Positions 7,524 to 16,828 of a DNA stretch of 64,000 nucleotides are shown in pieces. Each line of letters starts with the position of its first letter. Within the stretch, counting starts at the first letter, position 1. A program made the position numbers and the translations under genes. The stretch covers positions 7,279-71,278 of IMG/VR virus record IMGVR_UViG_3300015063_000003, one strand, 5' to 3'. Origin of the DNA: a virus. The notes beneath the pieces were generated by a model. The model did no database searches, was not told the DNA's origin, and saw nothing but the letters and a program-made list of their open reading frames with translations.

Positions 7524-9425
7524 GTGTCGAAGACGATTTGCATCGCTTTTAATGGCACAAGGGACAACGGCCAATTCCCCGGCGACCAGCTGGTGAGCCT
7601 GAAGGCCGCGTACCTGTTCGCCCGAAATTCCGGTTGCGACAAGGTCATCATTGCTCTGAGTCCGACGAACGAAATGCACAGTTGGTGGCAGAAGTTCATC
7701 GACGATTTTCACGCAGACGTTGTCTATGACACGTTCGACGCAGGCAACTGGCTCCAGCGTTACGAGGCATGGGACAAGTGGCGGAAAGAGCGAAGCATCG
7801 AGGGCCGAAAGTTTGACGTGTACAAGGAACTCTATCGCCGCGACGGTGGCGACGACCGGCGAAACATGCTCGCGGGCGGAGTCGCTCCGATGCTGGAGCG
7901 ACCGCACATATTCCGCTGGTTTTACACCGGTCAGGAAAGCGTCGAGTTGCCAGCGGTCGGCCTGGACGAGTTCGGCGACGACATGCTCTACCACGAGCGG
8001 AAGTCGCCGGAGTTCGACGTCTACATCGCTCCCCATGCGAAATGTCAGGGAAACTACAAGTTCACGTTCGCGTTCTGGGAGCAAGTAGTCTACCAACTAA
8101 TCAACGCCGGCGTGAGCGTGACCGTAGGCTACAATGGCCAGTTTGCCGAGCATTTGACTGGACACCCGCTGTATCGCAAGTACTGGGGCGACTACAAGCA
8201 ATTGATCGTCGAGGTCTGCCGGCACAAGTTGGTAGCGTGCGGCAACACCGGTATCGGCTGGGTCGCGGCGGCGACGGGTACGCCGCTTCTGGCGATGCAG
8301 CCGGACGATTCAAACATGCCGGACTACCGCTATGAGGTCTGCGGCCTGAAGTCGCTGATCGAGATCGTCGCCGAGCCGGATCACGCATACGTCGCGAAAC
8401 GGATCATCGAAGAGGTCAATCGCGTGGTGGTGATGACGACTGGTTGCTACGACGTGCTCCATGCTGGCCACGTCAGGCATCTGCAAGCGAGCAAGGCGAG
8501 AGGAACAAAGCTCGTCGTCGCTCTGAACTCGGATGCGAGCGTGAAGAGACTCAAGGGTGATAGCCGTCCGGTCGTGCCGCAAGAGCAGCGGGCGTTCGTC
8601 TTGAAGGCTCTGCGTTGCGTGGACGACGTGCGAATCTTCGACGGCGATACCGCTGAAGACCTGATCCGCGAGATCAAGCCGGACGTGCTAACGAATGGCT
8701 TCGGCCACAAGTATACTGAGATCGTCGGAAAAGAGTTCGTGGAGAGTTACGGCGGACGTGTAGCGATCACGGTCGAGGATGGTGATTACTCGGACCTTAG
8801 CACAACTAAGATCATCCCGAAGCTGATTCGCACCCAGGACGTGATGCGAGCGGTGGCCGACGCCGGGCAGTATTCGCTAAATCCATACGGCAAGCTGAAA
8901 TTGCTGGCGGAAGAGTTCATGAAGGTGCGGGAGTTGCCGGGAGATATGGCCGACGTCGGAGCTTACCGGGGTGGTTGCTCGCTGATCTTACGGCGACTGG
9001 CGCCGGACAAGCATCTACACCTGTTTGATACGTGGTCGGGGAATCCGTTCGACGATCCTCTGTGTCACCACAAGCGGGGCGAGTGGAAGGCGGACATCAA
9101 GGAGTGCAAGAAGGTCGTCGGCGAGAACGACAAGACGCACTACTGGCAAGGAATTTTTCCGTTGGTTCCAGACGGAATGCTGCCTTGCGACGATACGCCG
9201 CCGATATATTTCTGCTTCGTCGTCATCGACCCCGACACCTACCAGACGGTGCAGGACGCGATTGAGTTCTTCTGGCCGAGACTGGTGCCTGGCGGGAAAT
9301 TGTTCTTTGATGATTACCTTTGGCCGGCCTGCGGGGGCGTTGAAAAGGCCGTCAACGAAGCGTTCACGGCCGAGCAGCGTGTCGAGTATCCGCAACTGCA
9401 TTCTTGCGTGGTGGTGAAGCGATGA
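7524..9425 (+). CDS. triple fusion: GT-B/GT9-like domain + RfaE/HldE domain II nucleotidyltransferase + TylF/MycF O-methyltransferase
   Basis: LVACGNTGIGWVAAATGTPLLAM; TGCYDVLHAGHVRHL...VVALNSDASVKRLKGDSRPV; ADVGAYRGG...FDTWSG...IDPDTY...GGKLFFDDY; start GTG 7524 after GGAG. Confidence 0.85.
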   Translation: MSKTICIAFNGTRDNGQFPGDQLVSLKAAYLFARNSGCDKVIIALSPTNEMHSWWQKFIDDFHADVVYDTFDAGNWLQRYEAWDKWRKERSIEGRKFDVYKELYRRDGGDDRRNMLAGGVAPMLERPHIFRWFYTGQESVELPAVGLDEFGDDMLYHERKSPEFDVYIAPHAKCQGNYKFTFAFWEQVVYQLINAGVSVTVGYNGQFAEHLTGHPLYRKYWGDYKQLIVEVCRHKLVACGNTGIGWVAAATGTPLLAMQPDDSNMPDYRYEVCGLKSLIEIVAEPDHAYVAKRIIEEVNRVVVMTTGCYDVLHAGHVRHLQASKARGTKLVVALNSDASVKRLKGDSRPVVPQEQRAFVLKALRCVDDVRIFDGDTAEDLIREIKPDVLTNGFGHKYTEIVGKEFVESYGGRVAITVEDGDYSDLSTTKIIPKLIRTQDVMRAVADAGQYSLNPYGKLKLLAEEFMKVRELPGDMADVGAYRGGCSLILRRLAPDKHLHLFDTWSGNPFDDPLCHHKRGEWKADIKECKKVVGENDKTHYWQGIFPLVPDGMLPCDDTPPIYFCFVVIDPDTYQTVQDAIEFFWPRLVPGGKLFFDDYLWPACGGVEKAVNEAFTAEQRVEYPQLHSCVVVKR

Positions 9426-9619
9426 TCGACCAACACAAACTAACTGACAAAGATATCGGTCGTCACGTTGTCTATCATCGTGAATTTTGCAAGCGAGAAG
9501 TCGGCGTCTTGACGAGTTGGAACGAACATACCGTCTTTGTAAGGTTCAAAGGACCGACTGGCGAAGGATGCGAACCGGAAGACGTCAGTTTTGAAATTCC
9601 TCTCGCGGAGACAGCGTAA
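9422..9619 (+). CDS. hypothetical protein
   Basis: ATGA overlap upstream, TAATG overlap downstream. Confidence 0.55.
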   Translation: MIDQHKLTDKDIGRHVVYHREFCKREVGVLTSWNEHTVFVRFKGPTGEGCEPEDVSFEIPLAETA

Positions 9620-10239
9620 TGGATGCAAGCGTTTATGACGAGGATTATTTCATCAACGGACGAAAGTCCGGGAAGTCGTTGTATGAAAATTACAGATTCT
9701 TGCCCGATCTGACAATCCCGATGGTCCGCGACATCATCCGGCATCTCGGCATTCGGCTTAACCACGAGATACTCGACTTCGGAGCGGCGAGGGGCTACAC
9801 GGTCAAGGCCTTCAGGCAACTCGGCTACCAGTGCTACGGCATCGACGTCAGCGGGTGGGCGGTAGCAAACTGTGATCCGGAAATCGCCGTCGCCATGAAG
9901 TGCACGAGCGAGATCCCGAAAGGCATGGACTGGATCATCGCCAAGGACGTCCTGGAGCACGTGCCGAACGTCGCCGACGCCGTGAGCGAGATGCTGGACA
10001 AGGCTCGGCTTGGCGTGTTCGCCGTGGTGCCGCTGTCGATGATCGACGGGCAACCTTACGTCGTCGCCGACTACGAGCGAGATGTGACGCACATCCACCG
10101 GCTAACGCTGGCGACATGGGCGAGGATGTTCATGAGACCTGGGTGGAGCGTGACGGGGGCGTACATGGTTCCAGGGGTGAAGGCAAACTATGCGGCGTGG
10201 GAATGGGGGAACGGGTTCATTACGGCGAGGCGATTATGA
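9619..10239 (+). CDS. class I SAM-dependent methyltransferase
   Basis: YDEDYF, ILDFGAARGY...YGIDVS, DWIIAKDVLEHV. Confidence 0.85.
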   Translation: MDASVYDEDYFINGRKSGKSLYENYRFLPDLTIPMVRDIIRHLGIRLNHEILDFGAARGYTVKAFRQLGYQCYGIDVSGWAVANCDPEIAVAMKCTSEIPKGMDWIIAKDVLEHVPNVADAVSEMLDKARLGVFAVVPLSMIDGQPYVVADYERDVTHIHRLTLATWARMFMRPGWSVTGAYMVPGVKANYAAWEWGNGFITARRL

Positions 10240-10559
10240 GCATTGATGCGATAGTAATAGGCATCCGATTCTACGAGAACGGCGGAGGAAAGATATTGCT
10301 CGCAGATAGACCGCCAAAGAAGAAAGGCGAGCAATTTGGATGTGCAGGCCAAGATAGTCTGGAATACACCGATGCCCCTGAGGAAGTGTCTGCAATCAAT
10401 GGTTGCGAAATTTGGGGCGGCAGCGATACCGTTATGCTTGGTGAGTTTCAAATAGCCAAACGTATTGGGTACACGAAAATCGTTTTCTGCGACAGGGATC
10501 ACTTCATCCAAGCTGTCGCGAGATATTTTGAGAGAAAGGCGATTTCATGTCGAGTTTAG
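10236..10559 (+). CDS. hypothetical protein
   Basis: ATGA overlap; start re-assigned from 9900. Confidence 0.55.
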   Translation: MSIDAIVIGIRFYENGGGKILLADRPPKKKGEQFGCAGQDSLEYTDAPEEVSAINGCEIWGGSDTVMLGEFQIAKRIGYTKIVFCDRDHFIQAVARYFERKAISCRV

Positions 10560-11431
10560 GCATCGTCTGCAACCTGTACAACGAGTGCAACAGTCTCCCT
10601 GGCTGGCTCGAAGCCGCAACGGCGTTCGCCGACGACGTCAGGGTATTGCACGCCGGCCCCGGCGGTGCGAAGTCCGACGACGGCACGATCGAGATCCTCG
10701 AGAAGTGGAAAATCCCCATCGAGTACGGCAGCATCGACGAGGGCTTCGGCGTGGTACGCACGCGGGCGATCCGCATGAGTCCGTGTGAGTGGGTAATGGT
10801 TCTGGACGCCGACGAGCGATTCCACCAGTTCCTGCCGGTATTGACGTGCAGCGGCGAGAGTACGCCGTCGGCGGAAGTGGATCGGTTGCTGTACGACTAC
10901 GGCAATCCGAACTACGCCAGGGACAGCGGGCAAGTCGTGCAGGGATACGATGCCGGGATCGACTTCGGAGCGGTGCCGTCGAACTTTGAAAATATGGCGA
11001 AGTTGGGGGCGAATCTTAAAGTAACGCAGACTAAGTTCCTTCCTGACGTTGGATCGTGTTTCAACCACGATGATCGATTGAGGAAGATTATCGACGGCCA
11101 ATTCGACGCAGTGAGGACGATCAGAAGGCACTGGCACGACTTCACATGGCGGCGGCCGACGCAGAACTGGCACACGGACCCTGACTACCAGACTCGCATC
11201 GTCCGCAACGTGGATTCGATCTTCTTCGCCCAGGAGCGAAGGATGCACGAGAGCCTGGTCGGAGCGAAGTCGATCTACCAGCCGGACATGACGCATGGGC
11301 CGTTCTTTGACCACTATCACCTCGCGTTCAAGCGTATGGAGGCGAGGCAGCGTCAATACGACGTCGCGGTGTACTGCGCGATTGACAAGGGCGAGACGCC
11401 GCCGACGTGGGAGGAGTGGAAGAAGCGATGA
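10547..11431 (+). CDS. glycosyltransferase family 2-like (GT-A)
   Basis: NECNSLPGWLE, SDDGTIEIL, GFGVVRTRAI...EWVMVLDADE, VHE-like RMHESL. Confidence 0.8.
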   Translation: MSSLGIVCNLYNECNSLPGWLEAATAFADDVRVLHAGPGGAKSDDGTIEILEKWKIPIEYGSIDEGFGVVRTRAIRMSPCEWVMVLDADERFHQFLPVLTCSGESTPSAEVDRLLYDYGNPNYARDSGQVVQGYDAGIDFGAVPSNFENMAKLGANLKVTQTKFLPDVGSCFNHDDRLRKIIDGQFDAVRTIRRHWHDFTWRRPTQNWHTDPDYQTRIVRNVDSIFFAQERRMHESLVGAKSIYQPDMTHGPFFDHYHLAFKRMEARQRQYDVAVYCAIDKGETPPTWEEWKKR

Positions 11432-11637
11432 TTATCAAAAACGGAGAGCAGTTGGTCTATCGTACATCTTGCAGTTGTTGCGGATGTCGTGGACCGATAG
11501 CTGAATCGGCATCTGGAGCCGAACTCATGGCTAAGGCAATCGGCTGGAGCGAAACAAGCCGGTGCCCAATGTGTCAAGAAATCGAGAGTCAAGTAAAATC
11601 AATCGATGCACAAGCAAAAGTCAACAGCGGAACTTGA
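11428..11637 (+). CDS. small Cys-rich (zinc-binding) hypothetical
   Basis: CSCCGC...CPMC. Confidence 0.5.
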   Translation: MIIKNGEQLVYRTSCSCCGCRGPIAESASGAELMAKAIGWSETSRCPMCQEIESQVKSIDAQAKVNSGT

Positions 11638-11770
11638 AGCCGAGATCGAACGGCTGCACGCTTTCATCTTGCGAGTGTCGGAGCGGTTGTTTCTCGCGGC
11701 GGAAGTGTTGAGTATCAAGGCGGAGAAGAAAGAAAAGCGAAAGGACACAAACGATGAATTTTCAGGTTGA
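11606..11770 (+). CDS. 54-aa hypothetical (absent from ORF track)
   Basis: MHKQKSTAELEAEIERLHAFILRVSERL..., fills the gap between two genes. Confidence 0.45.
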   Translation: MHKQKSTAELEAEIERLHAFILRVSERLFLAAEVLSIKAEKKEKRKDTNDEFSG

Positions 11771-12635
11771 GTTGCATAACTTCTGCAATTTCAGTTGCGG
11801 ATATTGCCCTCATCACCAGATGACGAGGAATAAGGAGTTCATGTCGGATGAGGTCTGGGCCGCGATACTGCATCGATACATCGTACCTTACCAGAACATG
11901 AATTCGTTCTGCCCGCCGACGTTCATTGGCCACAAAGATTCGGAACCGCTTCTCGACAAGAAACTGACGAGCCGCTTGATGGATTTGTCGGCCGTCTGCC
12001 CTGGGATGAACATCGATATCTATTCCAACGGCGTGCTCCTACCGAAGTGGAAAGAACGCGGCCACGACTTCATCGAGTTTCTCGCCAGCCTGCCGAATCG
12101 ATGCCGCTACCTGATGTCGTTCCATCCATACAACCACGATGGGACCGAGAACGACTACACCGAGACAGTCAAGTATCTTCGCGAGGTTCTCCGCAACCGG
12201 CCGCCGAACGTCGAATTTATCACGGTGTCGCACAAGTCAACGGCGGTTTCGGACGCTATCCAGGAATCCTGGCGGAGTGAGTTCGAAGGCTTGCCGATAA
12301 CGGTACATTCGAACGCTTCGCTCAACCCCTGGACCGGCAGGATCGACGAGCCCGGCACGGTCGAGTTCCACGGCTGCCCCTACGGAGACTTCGGGCACAC
12401 GTTCTTCGGCGTCACGGGAAATATCATCGCGTGCTGCATGGACCTCGAGGAAGAGATCGTCTTCGGCAACGTGATGACGGACGAGCCGCAAGCGATGGTG
12501 GACAGGCTCGCAGCGTTCTACGCCGAGCAGCAGCGGATTGCTTGCGACAAGACGAGGTTGGTTCACGAGGTGTGTCGAGACTGCATGGGCATGGGCAAGC
12601 GGACGGATCTGCAACAACTGGGGGTGAAGGTATGA
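11754..12635 (+). CDS. radical SAM protein with SPASM/twitch domain
   Basis: CNFSCGYC; C-terminal GCP...GNIIACCMD...FGNV...VCRDC. Confidence 0.85.
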   Translation: MNFQVELHNFCNFSCGYCPHHQMTRNKEFMSDEVWAAILHRYIVPYQNMNSFCPPTFIGHKDSEPLLDKKLTSRLMDLSAVCPGMNIDIYSNGVLLPKWKERGHDFIEFLASLPNRCRYLMSFHPYNHDGTENDYTETVKYLREVLRNRPPNVEFITVSHKSTAVSDAIQESWRSEFEGLPITVHSNASLNPWTGRIDEPGTVEFHGCPYGDFGHTFFGVTGNIIACCMDLEEEIVFGNVMTDEPQAMVDRLAAFYAEQQRIACDKTRLVHEVCRDCMGMGKRTDLQQLGVKV

Positions 12636-13141
12636 GCGAAAAACCGTACCTCATGCCCATGACGCTGCGAAAGGCGAATGACTTCGTTGCGGAGCATCAT
12701 CGACACAACGGGCGAACATCTCGCAACGGCGGTAAATGGGCCGTAGGTCTTGCCATTGGGGATTGCGTTCTAGTCGGTGTGGCTATCATCGGCAATCCGC
12801 TCTCGGCAACACTCATGGATGGCTGGACGGCCGAAGTTCTTCGTGTTTGCGTTATCGAAGAAGCCCCAAAGGGAAGTTGTTCAATGCTCTACGGGGCTTG
12901 CTGGAGAGCGTGGCGGGCTATGGGCGGAAAACGCCTCATCACCTACACTCTCGAAACAGAGAGCGGAGCAAGCCTTCGCGGAGCTGGATGGCGAGTGGTC
13001 GGACAAACCAAGCCGGTCAAGGATGGTTGGCGGAAAGACGATCATCTGAACGATTCAAGAACGTATTCCGAAGTTATGGGCAAGGTAAAAAATCGTTGGC
13101 AAATGGATTTGTTTACGACGAATGGAGTATCGGAAGAGTGA
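12632..13141 (+). CDS. XF1762 family (Mom-like GNAT-fold) protein
   Basis: ANDFVAEHHRH, LVGVAIIGNP, TAEVLRVC, CSMLYGACWRA, LITYTLETESGASLRGAGW. Confidence 0.8.
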   Translation: MSEKPYLMPMTLRKANDFVAEHHRHNGRTSRNGGKWAVGLAIGDCVLVGVAIIGNPLSATLMDGWTAEVLRVCVIEEAPKGSCSMLYGACWRAWRAMGGKRLITYTLETESGASLRGAGWRVVGQTKPVKDGWRKDDHLNDSRTYSEVMGKVKNRWQMDLFTTNGVSEE

Positions 13142-13590
13142 CCAAGATCACCCCCGAAATATACCTCGGCGACGCCCACGACGCCGACCACGGCGACCTG
13201 CACGAGTCGAACGTGGGAGCGATCCTCAACGTCGCCCATGACTTGCAGGGTAAGCGTGGTTGGTCAGACGGCCTGATCTACGCACAGTGCGGATTGCAGG
13301 ACGGCCCCGGCAACCCCATCGGCGTCTATCACGCAGCAATCATGATGCTGCACGCGATGGTCAGAGCGAAACGAGTCACTCTCGTTCACGACCACGACGG
13401 CTGCGGGCAAGCGGTCGCGGTCATCGTGATGTACCTGCACGCGACGCGGCGGATGGGGTGGGATCACTGGGTCGAGCACGTGCGCCACGAGGTCGATGAG
13501 CCCGAGAAGTGCCTGACGCCGCACGTTGCCCACCGGGACGCGTTCTTGCGGATCAACTGGCGGCTGCTTTCTAGCGTGATGGAGAATTAG
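13138..13590 (+). CDS. dual-specificity phosphatase fold, probably catalytically altered
   Basis: ITPEIYLGD, ILNVA, GLQDG; P-loop reads LVHDHDGCGQA instead of HCxxGxxR. Confidence 0.65.
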   Translation: MTKITPEIYLGDAHDADHGDLHESNVGAILNVAHDLQGKRGWSDGLIYAQCGLQDGPGNPIGVYHAAIMMLHAMVRAKRVTLVHDHDGCGQAVAVIVMYLHATRRMGWDHWVEHVRHEVDEPEKCLTPHVAHRDAFLRINWRLLSSVMEN

Positions 13591-13592
13591 CG

Positions 13593-14351
13593 ATGGTCAA
13601 AATTCTGGATCACGGATACCTCAAATTCATCGAACATTGGGGGAGCGACGAAAGGATCGTCGAAGCTGCTCGCATGAGCACTGGCAAAGGCTTTCTCGGA
13701 TGGGAGCCTGGCGTTTGCCCGATCTGCGACGGAACCAAAGTCGTTGATCGAAACGAAGCGTGCTGGGGATGCGAAGGAAAAGGCACAATCGCCGGTGACA
13801 AGAACCTCATCAAGCGATTGTGGATCAAGAAGCACGCTACGCCTTTCGAGATGGCAGGAATGGTCATCGAGGCTCAAGCTCCGATCATGGTATTCCGCGA
13901 GTGGCATCGGCACCGGACTCAAAGCTACAACGAAATGTCGGCTCGCTACATTCCTCTGCCGAATCTCAACTACGTTCCGACCGTCGAACGCCTGATGATG
14001 AACAGCAAGACGAATCGGCAAGCTGGCGTCATGATGGGAGCAAGTGATTTGAACGAAGGTGACGCCGAGAACTACCGAAGCATGCTCGTCAAAATGTGGG
14101 ACAAACAACAAGAGATGTACCAGCATGCCTTGCAGATCGGCGTTGCCAAGGAGCTTGCCCGTGTCCATCTCGGTGTGGGGCGCTATAGTCGCATGCGAGC
14201 ATCAGCCAATCTTCGTAACTGGCTTGGATTCTTGACGCTTCGCATGGCGGAAGACGCTCAATGGGAGATCAGGCAGTACGCGAACGCCATTGGCGACCTG
14301 GTTGCCAAAATTTACCCGCGAACGTGGGCGTTATTCAAAGGTGAAGCATGA
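13593..14351 (+). CDS. thyX: FAD-dependent thymidylate synthase
   Basis: HATPFEM, REWHRHRTQSYNEMSARY, ELAR, NLRNWLGFLTLR, AQWEIRQYA. Confidence 0.95.
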   Translation: MVKILDHGYLKFIEHWGSDERIVEAARMSTGKGFLGWEPGVCPICDGTKVVDRNEACWGCEGKGTIAGDKNLIKRLWIKKHATPFEMAGMVIEAQAPIMVFREWHRHRTQSYNEMSARYIPLPNLNYVPTVERLMMNSKTNRQAGVMMGASDLNEGDAENYRSMLVKMWDKQQEMYQHALQIGVAKELARVHLGVGRYSRMRASANLRNWLGFLTLRMAEDAQWEIRQYANAIGDLVAKIYPRTWALFKGEA

Positions 14352-14560
14352 GCGATCCCGTCAACCACCCTGACCACTACGGCGGAGCGGAGAATCCATA
14401 CGAAGCGATCAAGGTCATCGAGGCGTGGCAATTAGGATTCTGTCTTGGCAACACGGTAAAATACATCGCTCGCGCTGGCAAGAAGACGAATGCCGTCGAA
14501 GATCTGAAGAAAGCGGCGTGGTATCTCCAGAGAGAAATCGAGCGATTGGAAAGAGGCTGA
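14348..14560 (+). CDS. DUF3310 family protein
   Basis: VNHPDHY...FCLGNTVKYIARAGKK...EDLKKAAWYL. Confidence 0.9.
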   Translation: MSDPVNHPDHYGGAENPYEAIKVIEAWQLGFCLGNTVKYIARAGKKTNAVEDLKKAAWYLQREIERLERG

Positions 14561-14564
14561 ATTC

Positions 14565-14768
14565 ATGGCCGCGAAGATCCCCGAAGGCTGGCACAAAGTG
14601 ACCGGCGGCAAAGTCAAGAAGGGCGACAAGATTCGTTCCGAGAGTACTTTCGTCCCGGCCGACGCTCTTGGATATATCAGCGTCATCACGCACGAGTATG
14701 CGTCGGCAGCCGGACATCCGACGGCGTTGTATGAGTGCGTTATTCGCAAAGAAAAAGGAACCAAATGA
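14565..14768 (+). CDS. hypothetical protein
   Basis: 67 aa, ATGA overlap downstream. Confidence 0.55.
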   Translation: MAAKIPEGWHKVTGGKVKKGDKIRSESTFVPADALGYISVITHEYASAAGHPTALYECVIRKEKGTK

Positions 14769-15964
14769 AGAAGATCGTTCTGGCAATCCCGCATTCGCAT
14801 ACTTTTATGTGGACGCAGACATGCGTTGCATCCCTACTTCGCAATCCTCCAAAAGCCGAAGGATTCGACGTTGCGATTGTGGTCATCGACAATTCGCCGT
14901 GGTCCCCGGCGATTCGCGGGATAACCGATACCAGCCTCGTCTGCGAAGGCAAATGGAGCGATAAGCCGTCGCACCTGAAGCCCAATGCCGGATTCGAGAG
15001 TTTTTCCGTCATCGAAAACCACAAGTCGAATCGCTTCCACGCGTCGGCCCTCGATTGCGTCGTCGAAGGGACGAATCTTCCTTACGACTTCAAGGATTTC
15101 GACTACCTCATGGCCCTGGAGACCGACGTACTCGCCCTGCGTCCGACATGGCTCCAGTGGTTCGTCGATCAGATGCGGCCGACGGACTTCGCGGTCGGGC
15201 ACTGGCATCATGAGTCGTTTATCAACCCGTCTTGCACGCTGTACCGGGGCGACGTTCTTCGTCTGATGATGGGATGGTGCAAATCAAACGACCAGCCCGA
15301 CGTGCTTCGCTGGGGTCCGAACTTCGCCAACGTGCAAGACATCGCCGCACGACAGCCCGAGCGAGACTATCGCGACTGGTACAATGACAACGTCGAATGG
15401 ATCGCCGGCCCATTCGCCGACAAACGTGGCTGGTCAGCTGGGACGCAGTTAAAAGAGCCGCCGAGCGGTCAACTAAAAGGTCCAGGCTGGTACGAACCAG
15501 GCCAGATGCTCCACCACTGGGCCGTCGAAGCCGGGTACACTTACACGGTGTGCCAAACGGCAACGACGAAGATCGCCGGGGTCCACGGCGGCGAGATGCC
15601 GGTGCAGACGTTCTACGGGGACCACGAAGACTCGATCAGTTATGCCTGTCGTCAGTTATGGTTCGAAGAAATGCAGACGCTGGCCGAAACCGTCCACCTC
15701 TGGGGAGGAACGCGGGCCCTCGACATCATCAAGCACGAGGTAACGTGCGGCTTCGTCGGGGCGAACACGCCGTTCTGGCTGGAGCGGGAAGCCCGATTCT
15801 GGAAAGCGAGCGTGCCGCCTGACGTCCAGGCGGAGACGCTGGAGCTGATTCGCAAGTACGGGTGGCACTATCGAGGGTGCGGCACGCCGGAAGTCACTGA
15901 CCGCGACCGCGAGGCGGTGCGGATGGTACAGGAGTGCTATGCTCGCGGGGGAGTGGTAATTTGA
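14765..15964 (+). CDS. GT-A/GT2-like glycosyltransferase
   Basis: IVLAIP, IVVIDNS, FHASALD, YLMALETDV (DxD-like ETD). Confidence 0.6.
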   Translation: MKKIVLAIPHSHTFMWTQTCVASLLRNPPKAEGFDVAIVVIDNSPWSPAIRGITDTSLVCEGKWSDKPSHLKPNAGFESFSVIENHKSNRFHASALDCVVEGTNLPYDFKDFDYLMALETDVLALRPTWLQWFVDQMRPTDFAVGHWHHESFINPSCTLYRGDVLRLMMGWCKSNDQPDVLRWGPNFANVQDIAARQPERDYRDWYNDNVEWIAGPFADKRGWSAGTQLKEPPSGQLKGPGWYEPGQMLHHWAVEAGYTYTVCQTATTKIAGVHGGEMPVQTFYGDHEDSISYACRQLWFEEMQTLAETVHLWGGTRALDIIKHEVTCGFVGANTPFWLEREARFWKASVPPDVQAETLELIRKYGWHYRGCGTPEVTDRDREAVRMVQECYARGGVVI

Positions 15965-16827
15965 TGCTCAAGATTCTCTCGCTGGGTGCTGGCGTTCAAT
16001 CTTCAACCATCTTGCTGATGAGTTGTCGCGGCGACTTGCCCAAGATCGACCACGCGATCTTCGCCGATACCCAGTGGGAGCCGAAAGCCGTCTACAACCA
16101 CCTGAAGTACCTTGAAGTCGAAGCGGAGTTAGCTGGCATTCCAGTGCATCGCGTGACCGCTGGCGATCTTCGGGCGGATGCTTTGAATTTTGGCACCGAA
16201 CGCTCTCGATGGGCTTCCATGCCGTTATACATAAGAAATCCGAATGGTTCGGTCGGGGCTGTTACTCGCCAATGCACGAAAGAGTACAAAATCGAACCGA
16301 TTGAGAAATTCATTCGCCGTGAGTTGCTAGGTCTTAAGCCGAGACAAATCGCTCCTGCCCTTGCGGTGCAACATTGGTTCGGCATCTCGGCCGATGAGGT
16401 CTACCGCAATCGGAAGAGCCTGAAACACTGGCAAACGTTCCACTATCCATTGCAAGTTGACGTTACTAGTCCGCGAAAAGATTCTCTGTACGGACGTGGA
16501 TTTGACCGACAGGACTGCCTGAATTGGATCAACGAAAAAGGCTATCCGGAGCCGCCTCGTTCGGCGTGTATTGGCTGCCCGTTCCATTCCGACGATGAAT
16601 GGCATCGTCTGAAAATGACTGATCCTGATGGATGGGCGGACGCCGTAGCTTTCGATCTTGAGATTAGATCGAAAGGCGAGAATGAAACACCTCGCAGTTT
16701 TAACAAGCGGTTCGTCGGCCTACCATTCCTGCATCGCTCTTGCGTGCCGCTGTCCGAAGTCGTGTTGAAGGTCAAAGAAAAGCAATTCGGCATGGCCGAA
16801 GAGTGCTCTGGCCATTGTGGGGTATAG
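15964..16827 (+). CDS. PP-loop/PAPS-reductase-like phage protein
   Basis: ILSLGAGVQSS, AIFADT, CTKEYKIEPI, GISADE, PRSACIGCPF. Confidence 0.75.
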   Translation: MLKILSLGAGVQSSTILLMSCRGDLPKIDHAIFADTQWEPKAVYNHLKYLEVEAELAGIPVHRVTAGDLRADALNFGTERSRWASMPLYIRNPNGSVGAVTRQCTKEYKIEPIEKFIRRELLGLKPRQIAPALAVQHWFGISADEVYRNRKSLKHWQTFHYPLQVDVTSPRKDSLYGRGFDRQDCLNWINEKGYPEPPRSACIGCPFHSDDEWHRLKMTDPDGWADAVAFDLEIRSKGENETPRSFNKRFVGLPFLHRSCVPLSEVVLKVKEKQFGMAEECSGHCGV

Positions 16828-16828
16828 C

